A DNA stretch of 64,000 nt from Eledone cirrhosa (lineage: Eukaryota), in the NCBI GenBank assembly GCA_964016885.1, contig OZ024740.1, positions 204,166,001 to 204,230,000 of the forward strand, given 5' to 3'. The position numbers were made by a program, and so were the translations under genes. How positions within the stretch are numbered: the stretch's first letter is position 1; every line of letters begins with the position of its first letter. This document shows positions 40,476 to 51,067 of the stretch, piece by piece. Under the pieces are notes generated by a model, which searched no databases, was not told the DNA's origin, and saw only the letters and a program-made list of their open reading frames with translations.

Positions 40476-40675
40476 AAGGGCGGTGGATTGGCAGTATCGG
40501 TAGAGGGTCGGACGCCATGCTTTGACGCATAATTACGGCCCTTGCCATTCTGAGTTCAAATCCCGCCGAGGTTAACTTTGCCTTTCATCCTTACGGGGTC
40601 GATAAAATAAAGTACCAGTAATGCACTGGGATAATTTCTGGCCTTGTGCCAAAAGTAGAAACAATTATTATTATT
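40476..40675 (+). mobile_element. tRNA-derived SINE, family A
   Basis: A-box-like TGGCAGTATCGG and B-box GAGTTCAAATCC. Central GCCTTTCATCCTTACGGGGTCGATAAAATAAAGTACCAG resembles, from memory, the Deu/Nin-type conserved SINE domain. Tail GGCCTTGTGCCAAAAGTAGAAACA(ATT)n. At least 5 near-complete copies in the window. Confidence 0.88.
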
Positions 40676-40765
40676 AGTAGTAGTAGTAGTAGTAGCAACA
40701 GCAGCAGCAGCAGCAGCAGCGGTAGTAGTAGTAGTAGTGGTAGTAGTAGTAGTAGTAGTAGTAGT
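40676..40765. repeat. Compound (TAG)n/(CAG)n microsatellite
   Basis: Directly visible, continuing from the SINE (ATT)n tail. Confidence 0.95.
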
Positions 40766-40915
40766 TTGTAATCTGTTGATGTTTATTTTTGATATGACAT
40801 TTTGCGACCATGTGTAATTATTGGACGTTAACAAAATACCTTTAACTATCTATACCTTCTTACAGATATATGAAACCACCTGTCTTGTTTCTCAGACGAA
40901 TTATCTGAAATATTA

Positions 40916-40947
40916 TACATACATACATACATACATACATACATACA

Positions 40948-40978
<31 letters not shown>

Positions 40979-41769
40979 GACATCACACCTTGAGGGATAT
41001 CTCTATGCAATACAGGAACAAGAACTCCCTACCAAATATCTGCTGCACAAAAGAGGAGGGCCAGCAGCTGACAATAAATGTAGGCTATGTAAAACAAAGA
41101 TCGAGGATGTAAGCCACATTGTTGCCAGCTGCGAAAGAATGTCATCTCGCTACTACCTCCCCATGAGACACGATGGGATAGCTAGAACTATCTGGAACGC
41201 ACTTCGGAAAACAAAATTAACAACAAACGAGGAAGAATATATTGAGACAGATGGCACTAAGGAATACTGGTGGAACCTGAAAATAAAAACTGCCACCAAA
41301 TTAAAGCACAACCGGCCTGATATTGTAGTTTGGGACCACACATTGAAAACGTGTTCTGTTGTGGAGATCAGCTGCCCACTTGATGTAAACGTTGTCAGAA
41401 AAATACAGGAGAAGGAGGACATCTACGGACCATTGATGAGGAGCTTACAAATCCAGTATCCAAGATACACCTTTAGCTTGATACCCATCATTATTGGTGC
41501 TACGGGTTATATACCAACCCGCTTGGACCAAAGTATGACCGAACTTGGATTTGCGGACAAAAAGCGCAGCTCCCTAATTCATAGTCTACAAATGGCTGCG
41601 ATAGCTGGCACCTTCAAAATATGCAAAACATTCTTGCGATTCAAGGGATGACAATTTCTTTTCTTTTACAACCTTGCCACCAGGAAGGTGGCCGGTCAAA
41701 AAAATATACTCGAAATTAAGAGAAAGAAAAAACATACATACATACATACATACATACATACATACATAC
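40916..41769 (+). mobile_element. 5'-truncated R4/Dong-like RLE non-LTR retrotransposon embedded in (ACAT)n
   Basis: Uninterrupted frame 40977-41651: EGYLYAIQEQ, CCHC motif CRLC..HIVASC, RHD, NRPDIVV, EISCP, K..Y, IPIIIGATG. These match the zinc knuckle and PD-(D/E)xK restriction-like endonuclease of R4-clade elements. (ACAT)n tracts at 40916-40976 and 41732-41769. Confidence 0.88.
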
Positions 41770-41820
41770 GTGTGTGTGTGTGTATTAGTTAAATACTTGA
41801 AGATACTTTCTTCTTGTAGC

Positions 41821-41855
<35 letters not shown>
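41770..41855. repeat. Short (GT)n and (TA)n microsatellites
   Basis: Directly visible. Confidence 0.9.
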
Positions 41856-41856
<1 letters not shown>

Positions 41857-42178
41857 TACCAGTAGGCAATATCGTCAAACATCTAACGAACACAGAGGTT
41901 ATGCCATTAACATGTAAGTCTGTATTTAACAATATAACCTTTAGTAAATAACACTTTTGCTTATACACTGGTTTTGAGTTTGTGTAAAAATTACGTAACA
42001 GACGTTTTTCTTTTCTGAAAATTTCTTTCATTTATTTTTAATGTATTTTTAGCAATCTTTGATACAATATTAACATGCCTATCATTTAAATCTTTTACTA
42101 TTTTCGAAAAGTGACGAAATTTTAGAATAATTAGAACGTTCTATAGAATGTTTTACGGTATTTGTTCCTGCACTTTTC

Positions 42179-42246
42179 TCTGAGTTCAAATTCAGCCGGG
42201 ATCAACTTTGCCTTTCATACTTTTGAGATCGATAAAAAAATACCAT
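42179..42246 (+). mobile_element. Fragment of SINE family A (B-box plus central domain)
   Basis: TCTGAGTTCAAATTCAGCCGGGATCAACTTTGCCTTTCATACTTTTGAGATCGATAAAA aligns to 40549-40610. Confidence 0.75.
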
Positions 42247-42264
42247 GCCAATACAAGAATCGAT

Positions 42265-42830
42265 TCTTCTTCTTCTTCTTCTTCTTCTTCTTCTTCTTCT
42301 TCTTCTTCTTCTTCTTCTTCTTCTTCACCCACTTATTCCTGAGAGGGTCGTGGGGGAAGAATCATCAAACATTCCTTCCAGCGAGTTCTGTCAGAAGCAA
42401 CCGTTTCCAACTCATCCGGCTCGTTCCCCAAACGCAACCAGCCAAGCTCATGGGTGCTATCCAACCAACTTGCTCGGGGTCTACCCCTGGGTCTCCTGCT
42501 TGTTGGTTTTGTTCATAAATCTGTCCAGTGATTCTTTCCTGGGACATTCTAACCACATGCCTATAGTATCGGAGCTGTGACCTCTCAAATCGGAGAAGTA
42601 GCAACTTTACCCGGAGTGACTCTCTGATCTCCGAGCTATCCACTCTATCGAGTAATGTTACTCCAAAGACCCTTCGGAAGAACCCAATTTCGGCCGCTAA
42701 TATTCGCGATCATATTCTTTCGGTCATTACCCAAGATTCCTAACCATAGCTAAGGGTTGGCACGAACACCAAATTGAAGATAGCAAGTTTGACTTTTACA
42801 CCTTCTGATTACCGAATGCTGAAGAGGGGG
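42265..42830 (-). mobile_element. RTE-clade (Expander/Rex3-like) LINE 3' fragment with (GAA)n tail
   Basis: Minus-strand translation KVKLAIFNLVFVPTLSYG*ESWVMTERI..AAEIGFFRRVFGVTLLDRVDSSEIRESL..ERSQLRYYRHVVRM..GRRPRGRP..W. The (CTT)n tract at 42265-42327 on the + strand is the tail. Confidence 0.88.
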
Positions 42831-42967
42831 GAGCACTTTGGGATTAAGTTCGAAACTTCTGTATCTCTTCCTTATTTCTTTTCTCTCCTTCTCTTTCTCT
42901 GGAAGAAATTGGCTGTGTTCTGACCTGGCGGAGAATGAAATCCCCAAAATTCCAAAGTAGAGGAATT

Positions 42968-42968
<1 letters not shown>

Positions 42969-43018
<50 letters not shown>
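42969..43018. repeat. (GT)n microsatellite
   Basis: Directly visible. Confidence 0.97.
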
Positions 43019-43020
<2 letters not shown>

Positions 43021-43081
43021 CTAGTTTTTTTTTTGTTTCCTGCTACTTCCGAATAACATTAACAACCACAACAGCAACAAC

Positions 43082-43254
43082 AATAATTGTTTCTACTTTT
43101 GGCACAAGGCCAGCAAATACCCAGTGCATTACTGGTACTTTATTTTATCGACCCCATAAGGATGAAAGGCAGGATTTGAACTCAGAATGGCAAACGGCGT
43201 AACTCTATGCGCCAAAGCATGGCGTCCGACCCTCTACCGATACTGCCAATCCAC
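43082..43254 (-). mobile_element. SINE family A
   Basis: Reverse complement of 40476-40675 with a small internal deletion. Confidence 0.88.
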
Positions 43255-43319
43255 AACAACAACAATAATAATCGTTATAACTGCCTTCAACATCACCATC
43301 ATAATGACAACTATAATAA

Positions 43320-43957
43320 TAATGATGATCAACCAATCAGCAAAAGAAAAAGAAAAAAAAAAGAAAATTGTGATTGAGAATAGGAAATTACAAAAGGTTG
43401 AACCTGGTGAAGGAATACAGAAGGTAAAATAGAAAAATATAAAGAAAAAAGAGAAAAAGAAAAATAACGGAAAAGGGAGGGAATGACAAAGACTCTGGTG
43501 TCGAAGAAGAATAGGAACCGGGGGGGGGGGGGTGATTGGGCTCTGGACCTAGGGCGCAGCGGTAAATGGGCTGCGCCCCGCAGAAGAGACCATAAAAGCA
43601 TTCCCGTGGACAATAGCCAGTGTCACCCGCTACAACAGCCACTCCACCTCGCGGATTTCTTTCCTCAGACGGGCCGCCGATGTTCCGATCTTGTGGCGGA
43701 GCTCGACAGTACGGGGTCCAAGTACGCCTGAGGTCTCGATTGCGACCGGGACGAAGAGGAAGCGGCCAAACAATCCCCGGTATTTGTTTATCTTCCTTTC
43801 ATCTGCAAGGCGGGCCACGGTACCGGGATTTGTGGCTGAAGCAACTCAATTGGAGGCGGAGAACCTGTCACAACAGGTGGTGTTCCAGATGAGGGATCTA
43901 CCTCCTTCGAGGGTGATTCCATCGGGACGCTTGTCATCTCCGCGGTCAAGACCTGGC
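43320..43957 (-). mobile_element. CRE-like RLE non-LTR retrotransposon, 3' fragment
   Basis: Minus strand PGLDRGDDKRPDGITL..LIWNTTCCD..KINKY..FVPVAIETSGVLG..RVTLAIVHGNA. This matches the CRE-type RLE pattern (RPDG...KY...FVP.A.ET.G...A.QRGNA). It is followed by a T-rich UTR and (ATC/ATT)n. Confidence 0.8.
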
Positions 43958-44117
43958 ATTAATGAACATATATTTTACTTTAAACACAATGAGACATCTG
44001 TAAATGATAATATCGATATTTAGATATTAATGTACATATCTCTTTTGGTCTCATCATTTGTTTTCTTGTGGGTAGCAACATGCGGTTGTGTGTGTTGCTG
44101 AACAAGAATTATACGTG

Positions 44118-44121
<4 letters not shown>

Positions 44122-44195
<74 letters not shown>
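44122..44195. repeat. (GT)n microsatellite
   Basis: Directly visible. Confidence 0.97.
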
Positions 44196-44196
<1 letters not shown>

Positions 44197-44273
44197 TCTT
44201 TGTGTACGTGTGCGTGTGTAGCAATAGCAATTTATGCCTTTCTCTGTTCAGGTACAGAGGGTCATGTGGTGAC

Positions 44274-44461
44274 ATAATAATAATTGTTTCTACTTTTGGC
44301 ACAAGACCAGCAATTACCCCAGTGCATTACTGGTACTTTATTTTATCAACCCCGTATGGATGAAAGGCAAAGTTAACCTCGACGGGATTTGAAATCAGAA
44401 CGTAAAGGGTCATAAGTCTATGCTGCAAAGCAGTGTCTGACGCTCTACCGATTCTGCCAAA
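44274..44461 (-). mobile_element. SINE family A
   Basis: Same tail, central domain and B-box as the other family A copies. Confidence 0.85.
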
Positions 44462-44589
44462 TTGGCAATAACAATAGCAATAATAATTATGATTGTAATT
44501 CTTTAACAAAGGTGAAGCATGTTACGTGTGCATGGGTGTTTGTTGGGGGGGGGGTAGAATCTATTCAGACGTTCTTTGCATTTTGGAAT

Positions 44590-46790
44590 TAAAATATTTT
44601 ATTTATTTATTTGTGTTTGATCTATGGCATCATCTGGATAATGGTATAATGGAAAGAGCTGAAATTTGGGGGATTTGTTCATTACTCACAAATCTAAATG
44701 CTCAGTTAGTGGTATCTGCCTTGTAACGGGATCTCGCAATTGTTGGCGGTCCATTTTCATTCTCTTTCTGAGGGTGAGTTTGGTTTGCCCTATATAGTCT
44801 TCGTTACATCCTTTACATATAATGGCATATATTAGATTTTTTGTTGAACAGGTGAAATGATTTTTTTACAAAAAAATGTTTGTCCTGATTTAAATTTGTA
44901 CAGTGTCTTCAATGAAGTTAATGCAAGTTCCACAATTAGGGCCACCACACTTTTTTTACTGTTGGTGTATTTGTGGTGGATAATTTGGCGCTGGAGAGTA
45001 GTTTTTTTTTTTTTTTGCAATTTTGGATGTATTTTACTTTTGATTATTTTATGTGTTTCGAGTACTATTTTCATTCTTGGGTCTTGTCTCCACAGTGGGA
45101 TGTTCTTGTAGGTAATGTGGTATGCTTCTGTATTTCTTGGATTGTGTGTTGAAATATAGAGTAGAGCATTGGATGTATCTAAAATTGTTTTTGTTTTTTG
45201 TAATTCTTGAATGTCTATTGCTTTGGCACGTTCTATTCCGTTGTCTATTAATAATGATGGATACTATCTTCCGAGTAGAATTTCTTTTAGTTCTTAGAGT
45301 CTTTTATTCCGAGTTTCATGATTTGAGACAACTGTACAGATTTGTCTTTCTAGATTAACTGGAATATTTGTCTTTGTGTGTTTCGGATGGATTGAGTTGA
45401 ATAATAAGGATTGTTTAGAATTTGTTGGTTTGTTGTGAATGTCAGATTCAATCTTTCTGTCTTTTTTATGATTAGAATGTGTAGTAATGGAAGTTAGTTT
45501 TGACTATATTCCATTGTGAATTGGGTGTTATTATTGATACTGTTAATTAGGGTTTTGAATGCATTGAGTTGGTCGAGTGTGTGTGTCATAGAATAAGGCA
45601 GTCATCCAAGTAGTGTTTTCAGCCTAGCAAATATTTGCGGAAATTCAAGTCATATTTTAATTTGGATTGTTCATATATCTGGACTTCCATGTATGTTATG
45701 ACTAAATTGGCGTAACTTTTGTGCCCATTACAGTACCCAATATTTGTTTGAAATTATTGCCATTGAAAGAAAGAAAAATGTTTTCTAGAGTGAATTTTAG
45801 TCCCTCGGTGATGAAACCTTTTGTTCTATTCTACCTGGGGTGGAATTATGGAATTTTCGAGCCAGAATCCTATTGCCTCTAGTCCGTATTGGTGTGGGAT
45901 CGTTGTGTAGAAGTTTACTACATCAAAAGATACAATAATAGTGTCTCTGTTGACGTGTTTAAAAGGTCCAGGTAATCTGTTATAAGGCTTGGTATATATT
46001 TCAAAATTGGTTTCAATAATATGTATATAAAGTTACTGAGTCTATGCGTTGCACAATTTGGGCCCGCAACAATTGATCTTAATTTACTTAAGGTCATTGG
46101 GGTGTTGTAAGTTTATACGGGTTGAAGTGGAATCTTTACATGCATCGTTAATCATTTTGCTCTTGTGGATCTTCGAAAGTCCGTAAAGATTGCTAGCTTT
46201 GCGATCAAAAACAGTTAATCCCATTCTTTTTCGTGAAGCCTTTTTGATGTTGGTAGATGAGACTGTTTAGTCTGGTCATCGTGGTTGATTGTTGGTAATT
46301 TTTTACTTTTTCAAAATAAGTAGTGTCTTGTAGGAGAGAGGATATAGCATTTTTATAGTTTTCAACATTCATAATGACAATACTTCGCTTATCCGCTTCC
46401 TTAATTATGATATCGTTATTGTTCTTCAATTTGTGGATAGTTTCCCATTCCTTTCTGCTGGTATCTGATTTAGGTTTAGGGTGTGGTATTTTATTGTATG
46501 GGAAAATTGATATGTGGTTGCAAAATTTGTTCATGCTTTATCCCTACCTTTTGTGTGTTTATAGTTACTTTTATTCCTTAACAAGAAATTCTTCTGTTAG
46601 GCGTAATTTTCTACGTGAAATATCGCCCTGTATCTCATTGAAGTTGGAATATTGTGGTGTTGGAGTGAAGTATTTTACCAATTTTGTTTTACTGTTTCAA
46701 AAGATAAATTTAAAATACTTATGGGGAAATATTTTGCTTTCTCTCTGAAGTAATATAACTTAGTGGGTAGACCTGAGAAAGTAGCAAAAT
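44590..46790 (-). mobile_element. Penelope-like element A (RT + GIY-YIG), decayed
   Basis: Minus strand IIIKEADK, IVSFDVVNFYTTIPHQYGLEAI, YLDD (45601-45612), and GIY-YIG NLIYAIICKGCNEDYIGQTKLTLRKRM...H. Many stops and frameshifts. Confidence 0.85.
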
Positions 46791-47450
46791 GTATGTGAGA
46801 GTTTGTAAGAGAGTCTCATAAGTGTTCCTGTAGATAAAGTCAGTTAATTGCATCACTTTTTATCTAGGAATCCTTCACATACACCGAGTCATCAGGCGGC
46901 CAATAGAGGAATCTAACTCTAGCTATAGAATTGAGTGGCAGTTTGGGAAATTAGCTATCTTGAATCAAACACGAGCTGCCTTTTGGCAATGTATAACATT
47001 TGGAAGTCATTGAAAACAGTATAGTAAATGAGCAATCATGACGAGAGAGTTATCTATTTAACAATGATGACACTTATGATGACGGGTAGAGGAATCTCTC
47101 TGGGGACTATAGCCAGTATCATTAAGTTCCTGAAGCATATTACAGTTAACTTCTATAGACTTGGCGATCATAGATGTTATTAAGCTATCGAAAAATTTAG
47201 ATGACTCACGCTAACAATCCGAACAAGGTCGCCAGATGTTGAATTACATTCCATGCCAGTTTTCAAATGCAATAAGGCTTCGTGGAGGTAAAGAAAAGTG
47301 GTTAATTTAATGCTAAACTTTGGAGAAAAAACATTGTATGTGAGAAGTATCAACCATTTCAATTTATTTACTTAAGTAAACAAAATGTATCGAGGATAAT
47401 AACTGAACAGCAAGACACCGGTACTTTACTCAAGGGCATTAGCAGCTAAG

Positions 47451-48899
47451 TGAAGACACGCGTAGTTTAGTGATTAAGGTGTTGGATTCACGATCGCAAC
47501 GTCATAGGTTTGAATTCCAGACCGAGTAGTTCTTGAGTAAGACACATCTCCTCACGTTGCTCTTGTTCACTCAGCTGAAAGTTAATACCACCTGTAACTA
47601 GGAATTAACCATGTGATGGACTGGCGTCTCGTTCAAACGATAGTCTTATAACATCCGTCACTTGTGGTGGACTGGCGTCTCGTTAAAACGATAGTCTTAT
47701 AGCATCCGTCACTTGTGGTGGACTGGCGTCTCGTTCAAACGATAGTCTTATAGCGTCCGTCACTTGTGATGGACTGGCGTCTCGTTCAAACGATAGTCTT
47801 ATAGCATCCGTCACTTGTGGTGGACTGGCGTCTCGTTCAAACGATAGTCTTATAGCATCCGTCACTTGTGGTGGACTGGCGTCTCGTTCAAACGATAGTC
47901 TTATAGCATCCGTCACTTGTGGTGGACTGGCGTCTCGTTCAAACGATAGTCTTATAGCATCCGTCACTTGTGGTGGACTGGCGTCTCGTTCAAACGATAG
48001 TCTTATAGCATCCGTCACTTGTGGTGGACTGGCGTCTCGTTCAAACGATAGTCTTATAGCGTCCGTCACTTGTGATGGACTGGCGCCTCGTTCAAACGAG
48101 TCTTATAGCATCCGTCACTTGTGATGGACTGGCGTCTCGTTCAAACCATAGCCTTATAGTATCCGTCACTTGTGATGGACTGGCGTCTCGTTAAAACGAT
48201 AGCCTTATAGTATCCGTCTCTTGTGATGGACTGGCGTCTCGTTCAAACGATAGTCTTATAGCATCCGTCACTTGTGGTGGACTGGCGTCTCGTTCAAACG
48301 ATAGTCTTATAGCATCCGTCACTTGTGGTGGACTGGCGTCTCGTTCAAACGATAGTCTTATAGCATCCGTCACTTGTGGTGGACTGGCGTCTCGTTCAAA
48401 CGATAGTCTTATAGCATCCGTCACTTGTGGTGGACTGGCGTCTCGTTCAAACGATAGTCTTATAGCATCCGTCACTTGTGGTGGACTGGCGTCTCGTTCA
48501 AACGATAGTCTTATAGCGTCCGTCACTTGTGATGGACTGGCGTCTCGTTCAAACGAGTCTTATAGTATCCGTCACTTGTGATGGACTGGCGTCTCGTTAA
48601 AACGATAGCCTTATAGTATCCGTCTCTTGTGATGGACTGGCGTCTCGTTCAAACGAGTCTTATAGCATCCGTCACTTGTGATGGACTGGCGTCTCGTTCA
48701 AACCATAGCCTTATAGTATCCGTCACTTGTGATGGACTGGCGTCTCATTAAAACGATAGCCTTATAGTATCCGTCTCTTGTGATGGACTGGCGCCTCGTT
48801 CAAACGATAGTCTTATAGCATCCGTCGCTTGAAACCAATGAAACCCAGATGAGTAGCTACTTGATGAGTTACTCGGCTTGGAGCATATTTGAACTTAAC
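47451..48899 (+). mobile_element. tRNA-derived SINE, family B, whose internal segment has expanded into a minisatellite
   Basis: Head GAAGACACGCGTAGTTTAGTGATT...GGTTTGAATTCC and central CTTGAGTAAGACACATCTCCTCACGTTGCTCTTGTTCACTCAGCTG (also seen at 50656-50848). The array follows, and SINE-like tail sequence resumes at about 48830. Confidence 0.75.
47612..48829. repeat. 51-bp minisatellite, about 24 units
   Basis: Unit TGTGRTGGACTGGCGTCTCGTTCAAACGATAGTCTTATAGCATCCGTCACT. Gives the 17-aa periodic ORFs on the minus strand. Confidence 0.97.
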
Positions 48900-49273
48900 T
48901 TAATTAGTAGATATGTGGAATGAACTGATCACAATGTGAAATCAAAATCTAGCAGCAAATTCTCATTACTGAAAGCTGATAATTTACTGCAGGAGAATGT
49001 TCACACCACAGGAATGTATTCACAGTAAAGTAATCACAGCTCTCTAAAGAAAAACTGTAATTTTCTATTTGAGACACCAAATAGTAATTATGATAAATTC
49101 CCTCATTGATTTACATTTTTCAAAACCCTAAAGTTCACTTGATCAATGTGTTCTGACCTGATGTATATATTTCACAGACACACGTTCTCGCACTAAATAT
49201 TACCAAGACCATATTTGGTGCGCACCGTAGAAAACTATCAACTTTTAGACTGTTTTAAGAAACTTTTGTAATA

Positions 49274-49313
49274 ATGCGATTTGCCGTTATAACCATAGAT
49301 AATACGATGTTGA
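49274..49313 (+). CDS. Putative first coding exon of an SRCR-domain gene (ATG at 49274 or 49307)
   Basis: ATG CGA TTT GCC GTT ATA ACC ATA GAT AAT ACG ATG TTG A|GTGAGC. The phase-1 donor fits the next exon across an 81-nt intron. Confidence 0.5.
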
Positions 49314-49394
49314 GTGAGCTGAACCTAATAATATTATCCCCATATTCCGCGAAATTATAAAATACGTAATATTTTCTTACATTTATTTTATTAG

Positions 49395-49448
49395 ATTTGG
49401 TGGCAGTTGTCTTCCTTCTGAGTTCATATGAACTTTCTTCATCTTACG
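49395..49448 (+). CDS. Signal-peptide exon of the SRCR-domain gene
   Basis: Acceptor TTTTCTTACATTTATTTTATTAG|, donor TACG|GTAAGT, 54 nt, phase 1 to phase 1. Encodes hydrophobic (N)LVAVVFLLSSYELSSSY(G). Confidence 0.68.
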
Positions 49449-50369
49449 GTAAGTTGTCGACCAATAATATTTAAACAAAATACAATGGCAGATTTAATTC
49501 ATCGCTCAGTTTAACACCACCATCTGCCCCATAAGTGCCTTTAACGAAGTCCCCTCTGCTGCAAGTGTTTGGGCTATATCTCCAGTTTAAGAATACTCTC
49601 CTTCCTTTCCCACACCCTGAAAACGGTTATGGATACTGCCCTTCTCTCCGTCACTAAACGGTTAAGAAAACGAAGAGGCCATAAAAAATTATTATATTGG
49701 TCTGCAGACGGACCCAGGGGCCACTAAAGAAATCAGAACAGTGTTCAAATCTATGGCACTGTCACATCACCGAGTTTGAGGCTATTTGGATTTGCTCAGG
49801 CTATATTTCTGAGAATAAAATCTATTAATTCAATGTTTAACCTCTTGAGCTGTTCAAACAGCTTTTAATTTATGCTGTAATATGATATTAGGTTTCAAAC
49901 GATTCATTCATGATCTCAATATATTGCCCTTACATACGAAACTTATTGTGATTTAACATCATACATTGTTGTAACATAATACTGGTGCATTTAACCCACA
50001 TTTGTGGATTTTTTCAATTTTTATTTTTATTCGCTAAATCTGAAAGAATGGGCTGTATCCATAACTTTTGCAAATTCTGTGAGTCGGATGAGATAAATAC
50101 TATTGATATTCAGTTAAAATTGTTGCAGGTCAACTCCTGCAGGAAAGACATGTGTAGAATGAGAATATCAAGGAGAGACGACGTTCTGTTGAGGAAGGAC
50201 TGGACGTAATGTTTAGTGCGAGGTCGGGGGGTTGGACACAATATGGGTGATTGAGAGGAGAGACGAGTGAAGTGGCATGTGCTCAACCATAACAGAGGAG
50301 CAGAGGTATTGTTTAACATCACAAATTGAGGTGACATAACCTTGATACATTTTCTCTTCATACGGGAAC

Positions 50370-50595
50370 TATGTATGTATGGTCCCGTAACTCCCGATAG
50401 AGTCGTACGGGCGCCGTATTTACATGTGGCATTTCTTGGACACTTTAAGCCTGACGGGTCTGAAGACGGCAGATTTCTTCCAGAGAAAGATAGAAAATGG
50501 GAGAGAGGAAATGAAAAAGAGATATAAAGGAAGAATCGACCCCAGTACGAGACTGGTACTTTTTTCATCGACCTAGAAAGGTTAAAAGGCATAGC
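50370..50595 (-). mobile_element. SINE fragment with the family A central domain but a different 3' tail
   Basis: Minus strand GCCTTTTAACCTTTCTAGGTCGATGAAAAAAGTACCAG...GGGGTCGATT, a pyrimidine-rich segment also found at ~42858-42930, then stem-loop CCCGTACGACTC..GAGTTACGGG and CATACATAC. Confidence 0.6.
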
Positions 50596-50655
50596 TTAGA
50601 ATATAAAGGTCCATCCTGTACGGTCATAACTTAGAATATAAAGCTCCATCCTATA

Positions 50656-50848
50656 CGCGACACCAGTCCGTCGCTGAGTTAACCTCTAGCTGCTGCTGGT
50701 TCTAATTTTTTTCCGGCTGAGTGTTCTGGAACAATGAGAAATGAAGTGTCTTCTTCATGGACACAATGTGCCGCCCAGTCTCAGAATCGAACTTAACATC
50801 TTACGATCGTAAACCCAATACTCCTAACAATTAGGCCGCGTGCCTTCA
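50656..50848 (-). mobile_element. SINE family B
   Basis: Minus strand GAAGGCACGCGGCCTAATTGTTAGG...AGTTCGATTC...TGTGTCCATGAAGAAGACACTTCATTTCTCATTGTTCCAG..ACTCAGC...GCGACGGACTGGTGTCGCG. Confidence 0.75.
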
Positions 50849-51067
50849 TGATATTATAAGGTGGCTATCAAATGTTGTTATCGAGTAAGAGAGATTTCAA
50901 TGAAAAGCGCTTTGTTTTGTTTTGTTTTTTTTCGGCTCATCATATTTCTTTTTCCTTTCTAACGTCCCGTAATTGGATCAAACTAAGTCATCAATCTAAG
51001 TCATCAAAGTAAAAAGACGGCTCTTGAATACAACTTTCGAATCTATTTTAAATTGTTTATTTTATAG

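Noticed and set aside
40476-40570. tRNA genes
   Set aside because: A and B boxes are present, but there is no complete cloverleaf and each head continues into a SINE body and tail.
47683-48526. 17-aa repeat protein or CRISPR array in the 51-bp repeat
   Set aside because: Units are near-identical without spacers, 2-bp deletions break the frame, and the array lies inside a SINE.
50110-50330. Additional decayed SRCR exon
   Set aside because: Only a vague resemblance (VKIVAG, EYQGE) with stops and no WG.C motif.
50459-50500. Hammerhead at CTGAAGA...GAAA
   Set aside because: No convincing stems II or III and no cleavage triplet. The homologous segment at ~42900-42930 lacks the core.
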